From Candidatus Nanoarchaeia archaeon (GTDB lineage Archaea > Nanobdellota > Nanobdellia > Woesearchaeales > GW2011-AR9), in NCBI GenBank assembly GCA_035289385.1, contig DATDXI010000012.1, positions 9,871 through 73,870 on the forward strand: 64,000 bases of DNA, in the 5' to 3' direction. Both the position numbers and the translations under genes were made by a program. Each line of letters begins with the position of its first letter. Position 1 is the stretch's first letter. The notes under the pieces were generated by a model. That model was not told the DNA's origin, did no database searches, and saw nothing but the letters and a program-made list of their open reading frames with translations. Shown piece after piece: positions 63,609 through 64,000 of the stretch.

Positions 63609-64000
63609 ATGGCTGAAAGATTTTCGAAAGCGATGCCAGGCAGTGTAAACCAGATTACGAATAAGGCGATTGCCTATACATTTACGGTAGGGGTAGTCGT
63701 GGCATTAGTTGTGGGCTTGGCTTCTTCGTTCATTCCTGCAAATGTCTTACCATACCTCACCAGTTTGTTGGTCTTGGCAGGGATAGTGGTCGGATTCTTT
63801 AACATCCACCGCGACGAAGCGAAAGATTATGTCGTATTGGTAACAGCATTAGTCATCGTGACGAGCTTGAGCGAAAACATTCTGAGCGGAGTGCAGGTAA
63901 TTGGTCCGACCTTAGAAAGCGTTCTATCCAGCATCTTAGCCTTCGTCTTGCCGTCGGTTGTTATCGTGGCAGTACGGGCAATCTTGAATCTGGAAAGAAG
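63609..64000 (+). CDS. Membrane protein of unknown function, 3' end outside the window
   Basis: The ATG at 63609 is preceded by the SD-like GAGGTGAT. My own translation (MAERFSKAMPGSVNQITNKAIAYTFTVGVVVALVVGLASSF...) shows at least 3 TM helices and stays open to the window end. It is absent from the ORF track because no stop codon is reached. Confidence 0.55.
   Translation, partial: MAERFSKAMPGSVNQITNKAIAYTFTVGVVVALVVGLASSFIPANVLPYLTSLLVLAGIVVGFFNIHRDEAKDYVVLVTALVIVTSLSENILSGVQVIGPTLESVLSSILAFVLPSVVIVAVRAILNLER

Overview
The window is almost entirely a surface-glycan biosynthesis and protein-glycosylation island of about 60 tightly packed genes, mostly on the minus strand. The host is most likely an archaeon. 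Three observations support this: an AglB/STT3 oligosaccharyltransferase with a WWDYGYW motif, an archaeal/eukaryotic-type TrpRS (HIGH + KMSSS), and many genes whose ATG sits about 26 nt downstream of a TTTATAAA-type TATA box, which implies leaderless transcripts. No rRNA, tRNA or CRISPR array was seen. All family calls come from motif recognition by eye, since no database search could be run.

Recognisable modules are:
- 1-3.1 kb: a HisH/HisF-like pair flanked by two WbpG/PseA-type N-acetyl-sugar amidotransferases, resembling the AglXYZ acetamidino module.
- 4.2-12.8 kb: a nonulosonic-acid pathway (NeuA, a NeuB fusion, a NeuD/PglD-type acetyltransferase, a PseB/CapD dehydratase and a DegT aminotransferase) plus a BKACE/DUF849 enzyme.
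- 14.8-18.8 kb: a WbpB/E/D/I-like 2,3-diacetamido-sugar module.
- 19.3-28.9 kb: an Arn-like lipid-linked amino-sugar module containing two tandem FemABX-type transferases. I consider this the most interesting candidate for an undescribed system.
- 34.5-47.9 kb: a second unusual block with a nucleotidyltransferase-kinase fusion, a GatZ-like protein, an SDR, a bicupin, two IMPase/FBPase-like proteins, a HAD phosphatase and a B12-radical SAM enzyme.
- 49-54.5 kb: split Alg14/Alg13, a second flippase, and a second B12-radical SAM enzyme with a ferredoxin and a methyltransferase.
- 54.4-61.2 kb: AglB with small membrane or Cys-rich neighbours, a HepT/MntA toxin-antitoxin pair and a large Cys-rich lipoprotein.

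The main non-coding observations are:
- a 424-bp hairpin-rich element with terminal inverted repeats and 10-bp flanking direct repeats at 18.8-19.2 kb;
- a solo copy of that element's 18-mer terminus at 32.36 kb;
- nested inverted repeats at 10.38-10.56 kb and 41.6-41.7 kb;
- a pervasive pattern of locus-specific short tandem repeats in promoter regions and in-frame inside genes, including duplications of start-codon regions that create uORFs.
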